Counted from the stretch's first letter, positions 35,171-44,168 are shown. The stretch: 64,000 nt of DNA from Bacteroidales bacterium (GCA_026984135.1 JALSSR010000035.1:6529-70528); one strand, 5' to 3'. Notes: a model not told the origin generated them from the sequence alone. Program-made: numbers and translations.

Positions 35171-35406
35171 TTGAAAATTTAAAATGCCACAAATAAATGA
35201 AGGTGTCAGGTTTAGAAATCCTAATCCCGGCAGTATGCTATAGTTGTTTTAAATTGGCAATAAAATTATAAATTTTCACTGAAAACAAGTACTTTTTTTA
35301 TCTTTCAAATCAAACTTTTTCTCTGCGAATAATAAATAACTCCTGCCGTTTACCGGCTAAACCCCTACGTTTACGTATTTTTTTTGCTTTTCGATAAAGA
35401 ATATTG

Positions 35407-35414
35407 TATCTTTG
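35407..35414 (+). promoter_or_regulatory. Bacteroidota-type -7 promoter box TAtcTTTG
   Basis: It matches TAnnTTTG and lies 44 nt upstream of the ATG at 35458. Confidence 0.4.
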
Positions 35415-35457
35415 TATAAAAGGAATTAGAAACCATTAATCACAAAAATCTACAATT

Positions 35458-35964
35458 ATGAAAACACGTTTGTTAACCACAATCACGGCATTAATAATCT
35501 TCACCGGACATTTAATGTCACAGGAAATCCTTCCCGATTTTAATCTTTACACTCTGGAAGGAATTAAGTTGTCAACTCAAAGAATTGTAAATGACTCGAT
35601 GCCGACAATTATGGTATTTTGGAAAACCTATGATGATAAATGTTGTAATGAGCTCGTTGACCTGAATGATGTGTTTGTCGGAAAGCTCAAAGATAAAGGG
35701 GTAAGGGTAGTTGCTGTTTGTGTTGATAACACAGGAAATATGGATCAGGTCAGGACTTTTATTTATGGTCATGATATTGAGTTTGATGTTTATTTTGACA
35801 AAAATGAAGAGTTTATGCGTGCTATGAGCATCCCGACAGTACCGTTCACAATACTGTTTGATAAATATACCCAACCTTATTGCAAATACCTTGGTTATTG
35901 TCCTGCCATTGATGAAATGCTATGCAAAAAAGTAGAGGAATCATTGGCATTGAGAGTGGAATAG
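35458..35964 (+). CDS. TlpA/redoxin-like thioredoxin-fold protein with a degenerate active site
   Basis: It has a signal peptide and a redoxin-like pattern (LPDFNLYTLEG...IMVFWKTYDDKCCNE...VVAVCVD...IPTVPFTILFD). WKTYDDKCC takes the place of the usual WxxWCxPC. Confidence 0.6.
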   Translation: MKTRLLTTITALIIFTGHLMSQEILPDFNLYTLEGIKLSTQRIVNDSMPTIMVFWKTYDDKCCNELVDLNDVFVGKLKDKGVRVVAVCVDNTGNMDQVRTFIYGHDIEFDVYFDKNEEFMRAMSIPTVPFTILFDKYTQPYCKYLGYCPAIDEMLCKKVEESLALRVE

Positions 35965-36000
35965 AATATAATATCTTCGTTTAAAAATAAAAAGAGGGTT

Positions 36001-36405
36001 TTGTCATTTCCTATGGATGTGGGTTCGGAGGATTCGATAAAAAAGGTGAAATCGGAGCTTGATAACCTGGGTGTAACGGTTAAGTATCTGATAAACAATG
36101 CAGGAATATATTTTATTCATCCGGTTTCGGAAATGACCGGGGAAATGCTTGATAAGATAATGAAAGTTAATACTTACGTGAAAAACAGCAAATATCAGGT
36201 GCCTTTGAGAAAGTTTATTGACAAAGCAATAAATAACGTGGGAAAGACCGTTGAGCCCGGTGAAGTTGCCGCTATTGTAAAAAAGGCTCTTGCCGCATCT
36301 AATCCCAAAAGGGTTTACAATATCAACCGCAACAAAACAATAACGTTTATGTCGCTTTTGCCGCAAAGAACAGTTGATTACTTAATCCGAAAAATATTTA
36401 GATAA
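36001..36405 (+). pseudogene. Short-chain dehydrogenase/reductase remnant (N-terminal Rossmann part and catalytic Ser-Tyr-Lys region missing)
   Basis: It keeps ...MDVGSEDSIKKV...YLINNAGI...MKVNTY (the SDR NNAG segment) and then jumps directly to a C-terminal tail. There is no TGxxxGxG and no YxxxK. Confidence 0.55.
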
Positions 36406-36546
36406 CATATTGTTTATTAGAAGGTTTGTAAAGCTGTTCATTTAATGCTCTTTAAAAGAAGGAGCACATTCTGATTTTCAGTATCAATTGGTTGTCGGTT
36501 TCTGTAATATGATAATTGTCTTTTTTTTATTTTAACAAAATTCACT

Positions 36547-37479
36547 CTACCACCTCGCTTTATATCCCCGCGTATCAACGTGAATAAAATATGTATGGGC
36601 GGAGTTTTTTTTATATTTTCCCATACCGCCAATCAATTCTTTATTTCCGGGAGTATTGTCCATTTGCCGAATGATTTTTGCTATCACTTCGGCATCAGCC
36701 ATTGTATGTTTTCCGTCATAGTTCAAATCATCAATAATTCCGTCATTATCATTATCAATATAAATGTCGGCAGCGTCTCCGAAAACGTGCCTGCTGAACT
36801 TTACATTCCCGATGGACTTGTTATAATAGGGCGTTCTGTACCCGCTCATAATAAACAAGGTACTTACATTAATTCCCTCTTTGTGCAGCTCACCGACAAG
36901 ATACTCCAGTTTCAGGAGCAGTTTCGGATTGAGCAGTATATATTTGGGCCAGCCCGAACTTTGTTTGCACAAAAACTGTTTCAGTTGAAAATGCGGAGTT
37001 ATGTAAATATCTTTGTTTTTTTCGGTAACTTCTATAAATCCGTCAGGCTTTTTGTAGTTGTCTCTTCCCTTATATTTCTCTGGATAAATTCCTATTCTGT
37101 AACCGTTAAGATATTCCCCTTTCATTTTTGAAGCCGGTACTAAAACAAAAATTGTGATTATTGCCGATTGCCCGGAAGTATTGTCTGCGATAGTTAGCTC
37201 ATACTCACCACTTTTCGACGGGGCTTTAATTATCCACTTCCCCGAAGATTCGGGTATTGCATTACCATTGGTTACAGAAATTGATAGATTATCAATATTG
37301 TCGGATTCAACATCAAGTTCTACTGTTTTGCCCGGCATAACGGGATAAAAAAAACGTTTCAGGGTTATCTCTTTCTCATTACCTATTTTATATTTAATAT
37401 TTCCCGGAAATGCTCTAACTGACAGAACCAGAACCGAGAGTGCAATAAAACTTGTTATCAGAAAACTATTTTTCATCAT
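36547..37479 (-). CDS. DUF882 / peptidase M15A-like (YcbK-like) peptidoglycan peptidase
   Basis: It has a signal peptide plus the motifs SGYRTPYYN, FSRHVFGDAADIYID and YFIHVDTRG (a zinc ligand pattern of the M15/YcbK type). Confidence 0.75.
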   Translation of the reverse strand: MMKNSFLITSFIALSVLVLSVRAFPGNIKYKIGNEKEITLKRFFYPVMPGKTVELDVESDNIDNLSISVTNGNAIPESSGKWIIKAPSKSGEYELTIADNTSGQSAIITIFVLVPASKMKGEYLNGYRIGIYPEKYKGRDNYKKPDGFIEVTEKNKDIYITPHFQLKQFLCKQSSGWPKYILLNPKLLLKLEYLVGELHKEGINVSTLFIMSGYRTPYYNKSIGNVKFSRHVFGDAADIYIDNDNDGIIDDLNYDGKHTMADAEVIAKIIRQMDNTPGNKELIGGMGKYKKNSAHTYFIHVDTRGYKARW

Positions 37480-37527
37480 AAAATATTGAAATCAAAAACG
37501 GTTAAACGTCTTGCAGCGGTATTTATT

Positions 37528-39159
37528 TTATGACTTTTTATACTCAATGGGTTTATTCAATTCCTTTAAAACGGCAGGATCTCTGTCATAAATATCCTTA
37601 TTGAAATATAAATTGTTTTGTCTGTCGGCTCCGGCTGTCCAATATAACAATATGATATCAATGGGTTTTTTAAGGTTTATTCTCGTAGTTTTCTCTGAAG
37701 CCAGAATTTCGTTAATTTTTCCCATATTCCACACATCCGGTTCGTCTATAAGGTTTATTAACAATTGCCATTTTTTTTCAAGCCTGATACAGCCATGGCT
37801 AAAGGCTCTTTTTTCGTTTGCAAAGAGACTTCTTGCCGGTGTGTCGTGAAGATATACGGAATATTCATTGGGGAAAATAAACTTTACCTGACCAAGTGCG
37901 TTATGAGGACCAGCCTTTTGCATTATTGTATATGGAAAATTGCCGGCCGAAAGTTTACTGAAATCTATTGTTGAAGGGTTAATTTCTCTGCCGCTTCTAT
38001 CCATTATTACCATATTTTTTCTGGCGAGATAACCCGGATCTTTTTTCAATTTGGGCAGAGTTTCCTTGGTTGCAATTGAATATGGCAGTGTCCAGGTGGG
38101 ATTAATAATTATATATCTCATCTTCCCTTTAAAAATAGGTGTTTCATGATAATGCTTTCCAACGATCACTCTTGAATAGTAGATGATTGAATCATTTCTC
38201 AGCCTTCTGATATTATAACCTGCAATATTAACAACAAGAAAGTCGTCAGGGAGATGATGCATCACCCATCTTGCTCTTTCCAGATTCACTCTTATCTCGG
38301 CAATCCGCTGTTCTACAGGTATATTCATAGCTGCCAGCGTTCCCTTGCCGATAACTCCATCCTGATTGAGGTTATGTCTGAATTGAAATTTCTTAACGGC
38401 ATTGACCATAATTGAATCATAAACAGTATCGTTTTCGATATTAAAAGATGAAGGATGGTCACCTGTAATAGTAAGATATTTTCTGATAACAGGTATCCTG
38501 TCATCCTTTGCTCCCGGTTTAAGCACATCACCATCGGGAATTTCCGGCCAACCACCATTTTTTGCAAGTTCCCTATAATTTTTTAAACCTTTTCGCAGAT
38601 AATCGTACATGAAATTATTCGGCTTAAAGGAATTAATAACTTCCGAAAGATTTTTATTTTTAAGTGTTGAATAGAGCAGGCTATCACCATTACCGGGTAA
38701 TTTATTAGACGGTACATCCCATCCGGGCCTTATCTTCGACTGATCAACTTTACCCAAAATGAGATGAGATGCATATAATAAAATGCCATCGGTCATCAAC
38801 ATATCAAGATCTGCAAGTTTATATGGGTCGGGATTGCTTTTTACCTCCTCTATCAGCTTTTTTATGTTGTTCAAATGATAGTCATCAGGCATTAAACCTT
38901 CATTATATGAGTCTTCAAGAATGGAAATAACTTCATTGAAATTCTTTTTATCACTCCAGGCAGGATTATAATCGTTTAACTCATAATATTTTGTCAAGAC
39001 TTCCTGAGCATAAAGAATAATTCCGTCGGCTGACACGGATTTTTTTTCACGGCCTGCATTAACCTTTTTATTTATGATTTCATTAATTGACTCGGATTGT
39101 GCAAATTCAAATCCGGAAATAAAAACAACTGACAATAGGATAAAAACAATTTTTTTCAT
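37528..39159 (-). CDS. L,D-transpeptidase, YcbB/LdtD-like, with a PG-binding domain
   Basis: The PG_binding_1 motif is VKKFQFRHNLNQDGVIGKGTLAAMN. The YkuD catalytic motif is VYLHDTP...FSHGCIRL. Confidence 0.88.
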   Translation of the reverse strand: MKKIVFILLSVVFISGFEFAQSESINEIINKKVNAGREKKSVSADGIILYAQEVLTKYYELNDYNPAWSDKKNFNEVISILEDSYNEGLMPDDYHLNNIKKLIEEVKSNPDPYKLADLDMLMTDGILLYASHLILGKVDQSKIRPGWDVPSNKLPGNGDSLLYSTLKNKNLSEVINSFKPNNFMYDYLRKGLKNYRELAKNGGWPEIPDGDVLKPGAKDDRIPVIRKYLTITGDHPSSFNIENDTVYDSIMVNAVKKFQFRHNLNQDGVIGKGTLAAMNIPVEQRIAEIRVNLERARWVMHHLPDDFLVVNIAGYNIRRLRNDSIIYYSRVIVGKHYHETPIFKGKMRYIIINPTWTLPYSIATKETLPKLKKDPGYLARKNMVIMDRSGREINPSTIDFSKLSAGNFPYTIMQKAGPHNALGQVKFIFPNEYSVYLHDTPARSLFANEKRAFSHGCIRLEKKWQLLINLIDEPDVWNMGKINEILASEKTTRINLKKPIDIILLYWTAGADRQNNLYFNKDIYDRDPAVLKELNKPIEYKKS

Positions 39160-39188
39160 ATTTTAATTGTTTGATTTTTAAATTTTTG

Positions 39189-39196
39189 CAAAAGTA
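39189..39196 (-). promoter_or_regulatory. Bacteroidota-type -7 promoter box TActTTTG (minus strand)
   Basis: The reverse complement of CAAAAGTA matches TAnnTTTG, about 30 nt upstream of the ATG at 39159. Confidence 0.4.
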
Positions 39197-39256
39197 ATAA
39201 GAATATTTCTATCCCACTTTTTTAAGTTTGAGATTTTTACTATCTTCGCCACGTAA

Positions 39257-39379
39257 ACTGGTTCTTATCAGGTTTGCCTGCCTTTGTCGTCAGACAGGCA
39301 ACACAAAGCTGCTTAGAACCAGTTAATACTCGAAAGAAAACAAGTTTGCTTTTTGCAAACCTATTTTCTTTCGGTATAA
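39257..39379. repeat. Dispersed structured element, copy A (two hairpins; possible ncRNA or regulatory repeat)
   Basis: The blocks ACTGGTTCTTatCAGGTTTGC...CTTAGAACCAGTTAaTACTCGAAAGAAA...TTGCAAACCTatTTTCTTTCGGTATAA are shared with 58540..58640. Both stems (CTGGTTCT/AGAACCAG and CGAAAGAAA/TTTCTTTCG) are preserved. Confidence 0.7.
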
Positions 39380-39398
39380 ACCATTTAAAACTGCTGTT

Positions 39399-41636
39399 AT
39401 GAAAAAGAGTTTATTTTTCATTTTTTTACTGGTTCCGGTATTTTCATTGTTATCTGTTTCACAAACTTATGTTGATCTTACCGACAATATGCAGATAGAA
39501 AGTAATTCTTGGATAATGATAAACCCCGGAAATTACACCATACCCGATATGGGGAATGACGGGCTTATTCAAATTGACGGCAAGGAAAATATCATTATTG
39601 ACGGTGACGGTGTAACCGTTGACGGTACAAACTACCAGGGATATATGATAAAGATCAATAACTCCTCAAACATAAAGATCAGACATTTTGATGCGGTACG
39701 TAATTACTATTATGCGGTTTACATAACCAATTCGGATCATATTCAGATAAATGACAATGATTTTTCGTGGAATAAGGTTGATTCCACCGGCTGGATAAGT
39801 ATCTGGACAGATTATCAGAATGCTCTCGGCGGAGGTGTGATGATGTATCAGTCCGGCAAGGCTCAGATATTTGATAACAATATGAAGTTTCAGAACGACG
39901 GTGTTGCCCTTTATCATTGCGACAGCATATCGGTTCAGAATAATGACTTTTCGTGGAACACCTCCTTCGGGATCAGAATGTATTTTACCGATACTTGTAA
40001 TATTCAAAATAATAACTGCTCTCATGTTAACCGTCCTTTCACCGACCCCAGCGATTGTGCTGCAATATTGTTGATTGTCTCCAATGAAAACTATGTTGCA
40101 TACAATGATTTTTCTTTTTCGGGCGACGGTATTTTCCTTGGGCAGTTTCAGTATTCGCAAATTCCCAACAACAACTATTTCGGATATAACGAATGTTCAT
40201 ACTCGCCGCATAACGCAATAGAAGCAACTTTTGCCGACGGGAACGTTTTTGAATATAATAACTGCAATTACAGCCATTACGGACTGTGGCTCGGATACTC
40301 TTTCAATTCAATCGTAAGGTTCAATGAAATCAACGGGAATCAATATGCCGGAATTGCCATTGACCGCGGGTTTAATAACCTGATGGAAAATAATGAGATA
40401 AAGTATAATCCCACGGGTATCCTGCTTTGGGAAGGCGACCCGATACCGCCCTATCAGGATCAATACTCGCAGGATTATATGATTGCCGGAAATAACATTG
40501 AAGGAAACGGGGTTGCAGTTTCGCTGGACAATACGGAACAGACGGCATTGGTTTCAAACACGATAAACAATAACCGGAACGGGATATACATTACCGGTGA
40601 TGCTGAAAACGACACCTTGATTTACAACGAATTTTACAATACCGCGGTTTATCATATCGAAAACAGGTCAACGGATGATATTCGCGCATACGACAACGGC
40701 TACATTGTTGACGACACGGGAATTATTGCCTGTAAAATATTCGATAAGGAAGATGACCCGGCTTACGGTGAGGTGTTATGGCAACCTTTTTTGCCGGGCG
40801 AAGACCCTCAGTTTCAATACGATCATCCGCAGGATATGGCAGAGCCTGATGCCGTATGGTACGCATATCCCGAAGCTTGCTGGGGGTACGGGGATACTGT
40901 TCCGACTACAGTGGAATGGGATTATACCGAAAAGGTTAAGGGAGAGGCTTCCGTGCATGTTGCAACCGGCAACGGATGGGATATCGGGGTAATGTACAGG
41001 CCTGACGGTGATTCCATTGCTTCGTGGGCATTGACGGAGCAGGATACTCTTGTCTTTTGGATCAAGTCCGTTAATAACTCCCAATATGGATTTCAGTTTT
41101 GTAATGTGGTACTCGGCGATTATTGCGGTAACTATTACAATTTTTCGGCCTCGGCTTCTACCATCCTCAATCCTTCAATAGGCCAATGGAAAGAGATAAG
41201 AATGCCCCTTGCAGGTGTTTGGCCCTGGGCAAGAACCGCCTTCGGTGACATATCTTTTGATGATATCAACTATGTAGAGATACATGCCGATACCTGGGAT
41301 TACGGATTTGAACTTTGGATTGACGGAGTGACCTTTAATCCGCTTACTACCGGTGTTTTTTATAACGGAAAAGAGGCAAGCACTTTCAATGTTAAAATAT
41401 ATCCCAACCCTCTAACAAATATATCGGTTTTGAAATTTTATTTGTCACAAAAAAGTACCGTATCATTATCAATATCGGATGTTCACGGAAGGGAAATAAC
41501 GCTTCTCAATAATATTTTTATGGAAAAGGGTACCCATAAGATTTTGCTGGACAGGAAGAACTTTGCACCCGGTTTTTATACTTACAGACTTTCTGACGGT
41601 AAATTTTTCACACAGGGAAAGTTTATAGTTAGATAG
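39399..41636 (+). CDS. T9SS-secreted right-handed parallel beta-helix repeat protein (NosD/pectate-lyase-like fold)
   Basis: It has a signal peptide, many repeats of the type N.I.NN.......GI.L..S..N.I and the CTD VKIYPNPLTNISVLKF...GFYTYRL. Confidence 0.75.
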   Translation: MKKSLFFIFLLVPVFSLLSVSQTYVDLTDNMQIESNSWIMINPGNYTIPDMGNDGLIQIDGKENIIIDGDGVTVDGTNYQGYMIKINNSSNIKIRHFDAVRNYYYAVYITNSDHIQINDNDFSWNKVDSTGWISIWTDYQNALGGGVMMYQSGKAQIFDNNMKFQNDGVALYHCDSISVQNNDFSWNTSFGIRMYFTDTCNIQNNNCSHVNRPFTDPSDCAAILLIVSNENYVAYNDFSFSGDGIFLGQFQYSQIPNNNYFGYNECSYSPHNAIEATFADGNVFEYNNCNYSHYGLWLGYSFNSIVRFNEINGNQYAGIAIDRGFNNLMENNEIKYNPTGILLWEGDPIPPYQDQYSQDYMIAGNNIEGNGVAVSLDNTEQTALVSNTINNNRNGIYITGDAENDTLIYNEFYNTAVYHIENRSTDDIRAYDNGYIVDDTGIIACKIFDKEDDPAYGEVLWQPFLPGEDPQFQYDHPQDMAEPDAVWYAYPEACWGYGDTVPTTVEWDYTEKVKGEASVHVATGNGWDIGVMYRPDGDSIASWALTEQDTLVFWIKSVNNSQYGFQFCNVVLGDYCGNYYNFSASASTILNPSIGQWKEIRMPLAGVWPWARTAFGDISFDDINYVEIHADTWDYGFELWIDGVTFNPLTTGVFYNGKEASTFNVKIYPNPLTNISVLKFYLSQKSTVSLSISDVHGREITLLNNIFMEKGTHKILLDRKNFAPGFYTYRLSDGKFFTQGKFIVR

Positions 41637-41800
41637 AGTGTTAAAAAACTGTTAAAAACGGAAATTAGCATACGGAAAAATCATTTTTGATATACTTTTG
41701 CAAAACCTGATTAATTTCAGGGAAGTTAAAATGTCAACTATATTACCTCCATACATTATAGTTGATTAATTTTTTCATAATTCGATTCTTTTGGGTTTGG

Positions 41801-41831
41801 CGGAGTCTGTGTTCACAGGCTCCGTTTTTTT
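41801..41831 (+). terminator. Rho-independent terminator
   Basis: CGGAGTCTGTG-TT-CACAGGCTCCG followed by TTTTTTT. Confidence 0.55.
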
Positions 41832-41933
41832 GTATAAATTTTTACCACAAAAACTCAAAACCCACGAAAAAAGTTCTAAAAAAATCACAGGGTATAGCAG
41901 TAAATAACTTAAATTTCGCAAGTGGTTATGTTT

Positions 41934-42055
41934 GCCACGAATACACGAATTATATATGTTTTGTAATTGAGTACAATGAATTTCTTCCTTTCTTTACTAA
42001 AGGTAAAAAAGTAAAATTTGACATTATTTATTATTTTTATTCGTGCATTCGTGGC
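41934..42055. repeat. 17-bp inverted repeat pair (GCCACGAATACACGAAT / ATTCGTGCATTCGTGGC) enclosing about 88 bp of AT-rich DNA
   Basis: The arms lie at 41934-41950 and 42039-42055 with one mismatch. It belongs to the CACGAA/CACAAAG word family seen elsewhere in the window. Confidence 0.7.
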
Positions 42056-42133
42056 TATTGCATCCATAATATTTTACTTGAGAAAGTTGAATTAATAACC
42101 TTTTGTGGTATTGTGTTTTAGTGGTATTAAGTT

Positions 42134-42141
42134 TACCTTTG
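42134..42141 (+). promoter_or_regulatory. Bacteroidota-type -7 promoter box TAccTTTG
   Basis: It matches TAnnTTTG and lies 19 nt upstream of the ATG at 42160. Confidence 0.4.
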
Positions 42142-42159
42142 CCGTCCATTTTTGAGGGT

Positions 42160-43956
42160 ATGAAGCAAGATAAAAAAAAGATATACAAAGAACTACTTGA
42201 AAAGTATGAGACACTTTTCGGACAAAGCCGTAAAAGAGGCAGGCAATTGTCACTGTTGCGCCTTGCGGTTTTTCTTTCCGGAATTATTTTTATTTACATA
42301 TTTGCCGCGTCCGGCTCCGTGCCGGGTGTCGTAATCAGTTTAGTATCAACTGTTCTGGCCTTTGTCTTCATTGTGAAATATCATTCGGAAATACTTAATA
42401 AAAAGAGACTTTATCAGGCTTTCATTAAAGTCAATGAGGATGAATTAAAAGCGTTCGAAGGAGAAACAGGTCAGTTCAGGGACGGAAAAGAGTTCAACAA
42501 TCCCGACCATCCGTTCGTCAACGACATTGATATTTTCGGGAAACGTTCGGTTTTTCAGTTTCTTGACAGGTCTGCCACTCATCCCGGATATGAAAAACTT
42601 GCGGGATGGCTGCTGAAGCCGGAATCGGATAAAGAGGTCATTTTAAAGCGGCAGGAAGCTGTGGCAGAACTTAAAGAGAAACTTGACCGGAGACAAAAAT
42701 TCAGAGCCACGGGCCTTACACTTGATGATGACGGTACGGGAAGGCAACGTATTGTAAACTGGATAAAACGGGAGCCGCTGTTTTCTAATCCCGTTTACAA
42801 AATACTTGTTTTTATCATTCCACTTATTACGGTTTTATTGTCGGTATTGCTTTCAACCGGCCATATTGGGTTTCAGCTTTTTATGATTTGGTTACTTATA
42901 CCCTGGGGAATTGCAGGTGGCGTTAGCGGTCGTACAAACCGGAGGCATGAGATGGTAAGCAAAACCTCGGCAATACTTAATAATTATTCACTGTTGCTTG
43001 CCGAAATTGAGAACCTTGAAGTAAATTCCACGTTGGTTAATGAGCTAAAGATGAGTCTGATGGCAGACAGTCAATCCTCTTGCAAAAGCATTAAAAAGCT
43101 GTCGAAAATACTGAACGCTCTTGATCACAGGATGAATCTGATAGCCTGGGCTTTCCTGAATGGACTTTTTCTTTGGGATATCCTGCAAATGATGCGTCTT
43201 GAGAGTTGGCAAAAGAAAAACAGGGAGAATGTTGAAAAATGGTTTGATGTGATTGCCGAGATGGATGCACTTAACAGCCTTGCAAACTACTATTTCAATA
43301 ATGATGATTATATCTTCCCGGAAATTCTTGACGGAGAGTTTTCAATAAGATCCCAAAATCTTGGACATCCGCTTATAAAAAGGGAACAGCTTGTCGGCAA
43401 CGATGTTAATATTGCGAAAGGAGAGTTTATAATTGTCACAGGTGCAAATATGGCGGGCAAGAGCACTTATCTGCGAACCGTCGGTGTGAATCTTATTCTG
43501 GCTATGACGGGAGCGCCGGTGTGTGCCGAAAGCTTTGTGTTTAAACCCGTTGAGCTTTTTACAAGCATCCGCACCTCCGACTCCCTGACTGAAAACGAAT
43601 CGTACTTCTATGCCGAGTTGAAGCGTTTGAAGAGAATCATAGATGAGATAAAATCGGGAAAGGAGATATTTATTATCCTTGATGAGATATTGAAGGGAAC
43701 GAACTCAAAAGACAAACATACCGGTTCGGAGGCCCTTTTAAAGCAGTTAATTCAATACGGAGCAACGGGAATTATCGCAACACACGATGTAGCACTTGGT
43801 ATTCTGGAAAAATTGTTTCCGGGAAACATCAAAAACAGATGTTTTGAGGTTGACATTACAAACGACAAACTCACTTTCGACTACAAACTCCGCCCCGGAG
43901 TGTCGCAAAATATGAATGCTACAATTTTGATGAGGCAGATGGGGATCACAGTGTGA
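42160..43956 (+). CDS. Membrane-anchored MutS-related protein (MutS domain V ATPase only)
   Basis: The likely start is MKQDKKK at 42160, in frame with the track ORF. TM helices sit in the N-terminal half. Walker A is GANMAGKSTYLR, DEILKGTN is MutS-type, and the end reads ATHD. Confidence 0.8.
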   Translation: MKQDKKKIYKELLEKYETLFGQSRKRGRQLSLLRLAVFLSGIIFIYIFAASGSVPGVVISLVSTVLAFVFIVKYHSEILNKKRLYQAFIKVNEDELKAFEGETGQFRDGKEFNNPDHPFVNDIDIFGKRSVFQFLDRSATHPGYEKLAGWLLKPESDKEVILKRQEAVAELKEKLDRRQKFRATGLTLDDDGTGRQRIVNWIKREPLFSNPVYKILVFIIPLITVLLSVLLSTGHIGFQLFMIWLLIPWGIAGGVSGRTNRRHEMVSKTSAILNNYSLLLAEIENLEVNSTLVNELKMSLMADSQSSCKSIKKLSKILNALDHRMNLIAWAFLNGLFLWDILQMMRLESWQKKNRENVEKWFDVIAEMDALNSLANYYFNNDDYIFPEILDGEFSIRSQNLGHPLIKREQLVGNDVNIAKGEFIIVTGANMAGKSTYLRTVGVNLILAMTGAPVCAESFVFKPVELFTSIRTSDSLTENESYFYAELKRLKRIIDEIKSGKEIFIILDEILKGTNSKDKHTGSEALLKQLIQYGATGIIATHDVALGILEKLFPGNIKNRCFEVDITNDKLTFDYKLRPGVSQNMNATILMRQMGITV

Positions 43957-44003
43957 TGATGTACGATTTGTAAAAACAAATTGATTTTGTAATATATAAA
44001 TGA

Positions 44004-44153
44004 CAAAATACCATTCAAAGGGAATATGGTAATATGTTAAAGATAAAAGACAACTATCCGAAATATGTGATTTCGATGGATGAATTCCGGGGGAATAGTT
44101 ATGAAGGTATCAGGCATATGCATCTTCGGGAATTTTTAAGCAGGGAGTGGTAA
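44004..44153 (+). pseudogene. 3'-terminal remnant of an AAA-ATPase (DUF4143-type) gene
   Basis: The open frame encodes ...QREYGNMLKIKDNYPKYVISMDEFRGNSYEGIRHMHLREFLSREW*. This resembles, from memory, the extreme C-terminus of the widespread ATPase/DUF4143 family. No upstream part is present. Confidence 0.45.
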
Positions 44154-44168
44154 AAACAGATTTCCGTT

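Noticed and set aside
36438-36632. Track ORF of 64 aa overlapping the 3' end of the DUF882 gene
   Set aside because: It overlaps a confident CDS on the same strand in another frame and has no features of its own.
41762-42121. Track ORF of 119 aa in the long intergenic region
   Set aside because: It spans a terminator hairpin and the inverted-repeat element, has low-complexity AT-driven composition and lacks a promoter box, so it is most likely non-coding.
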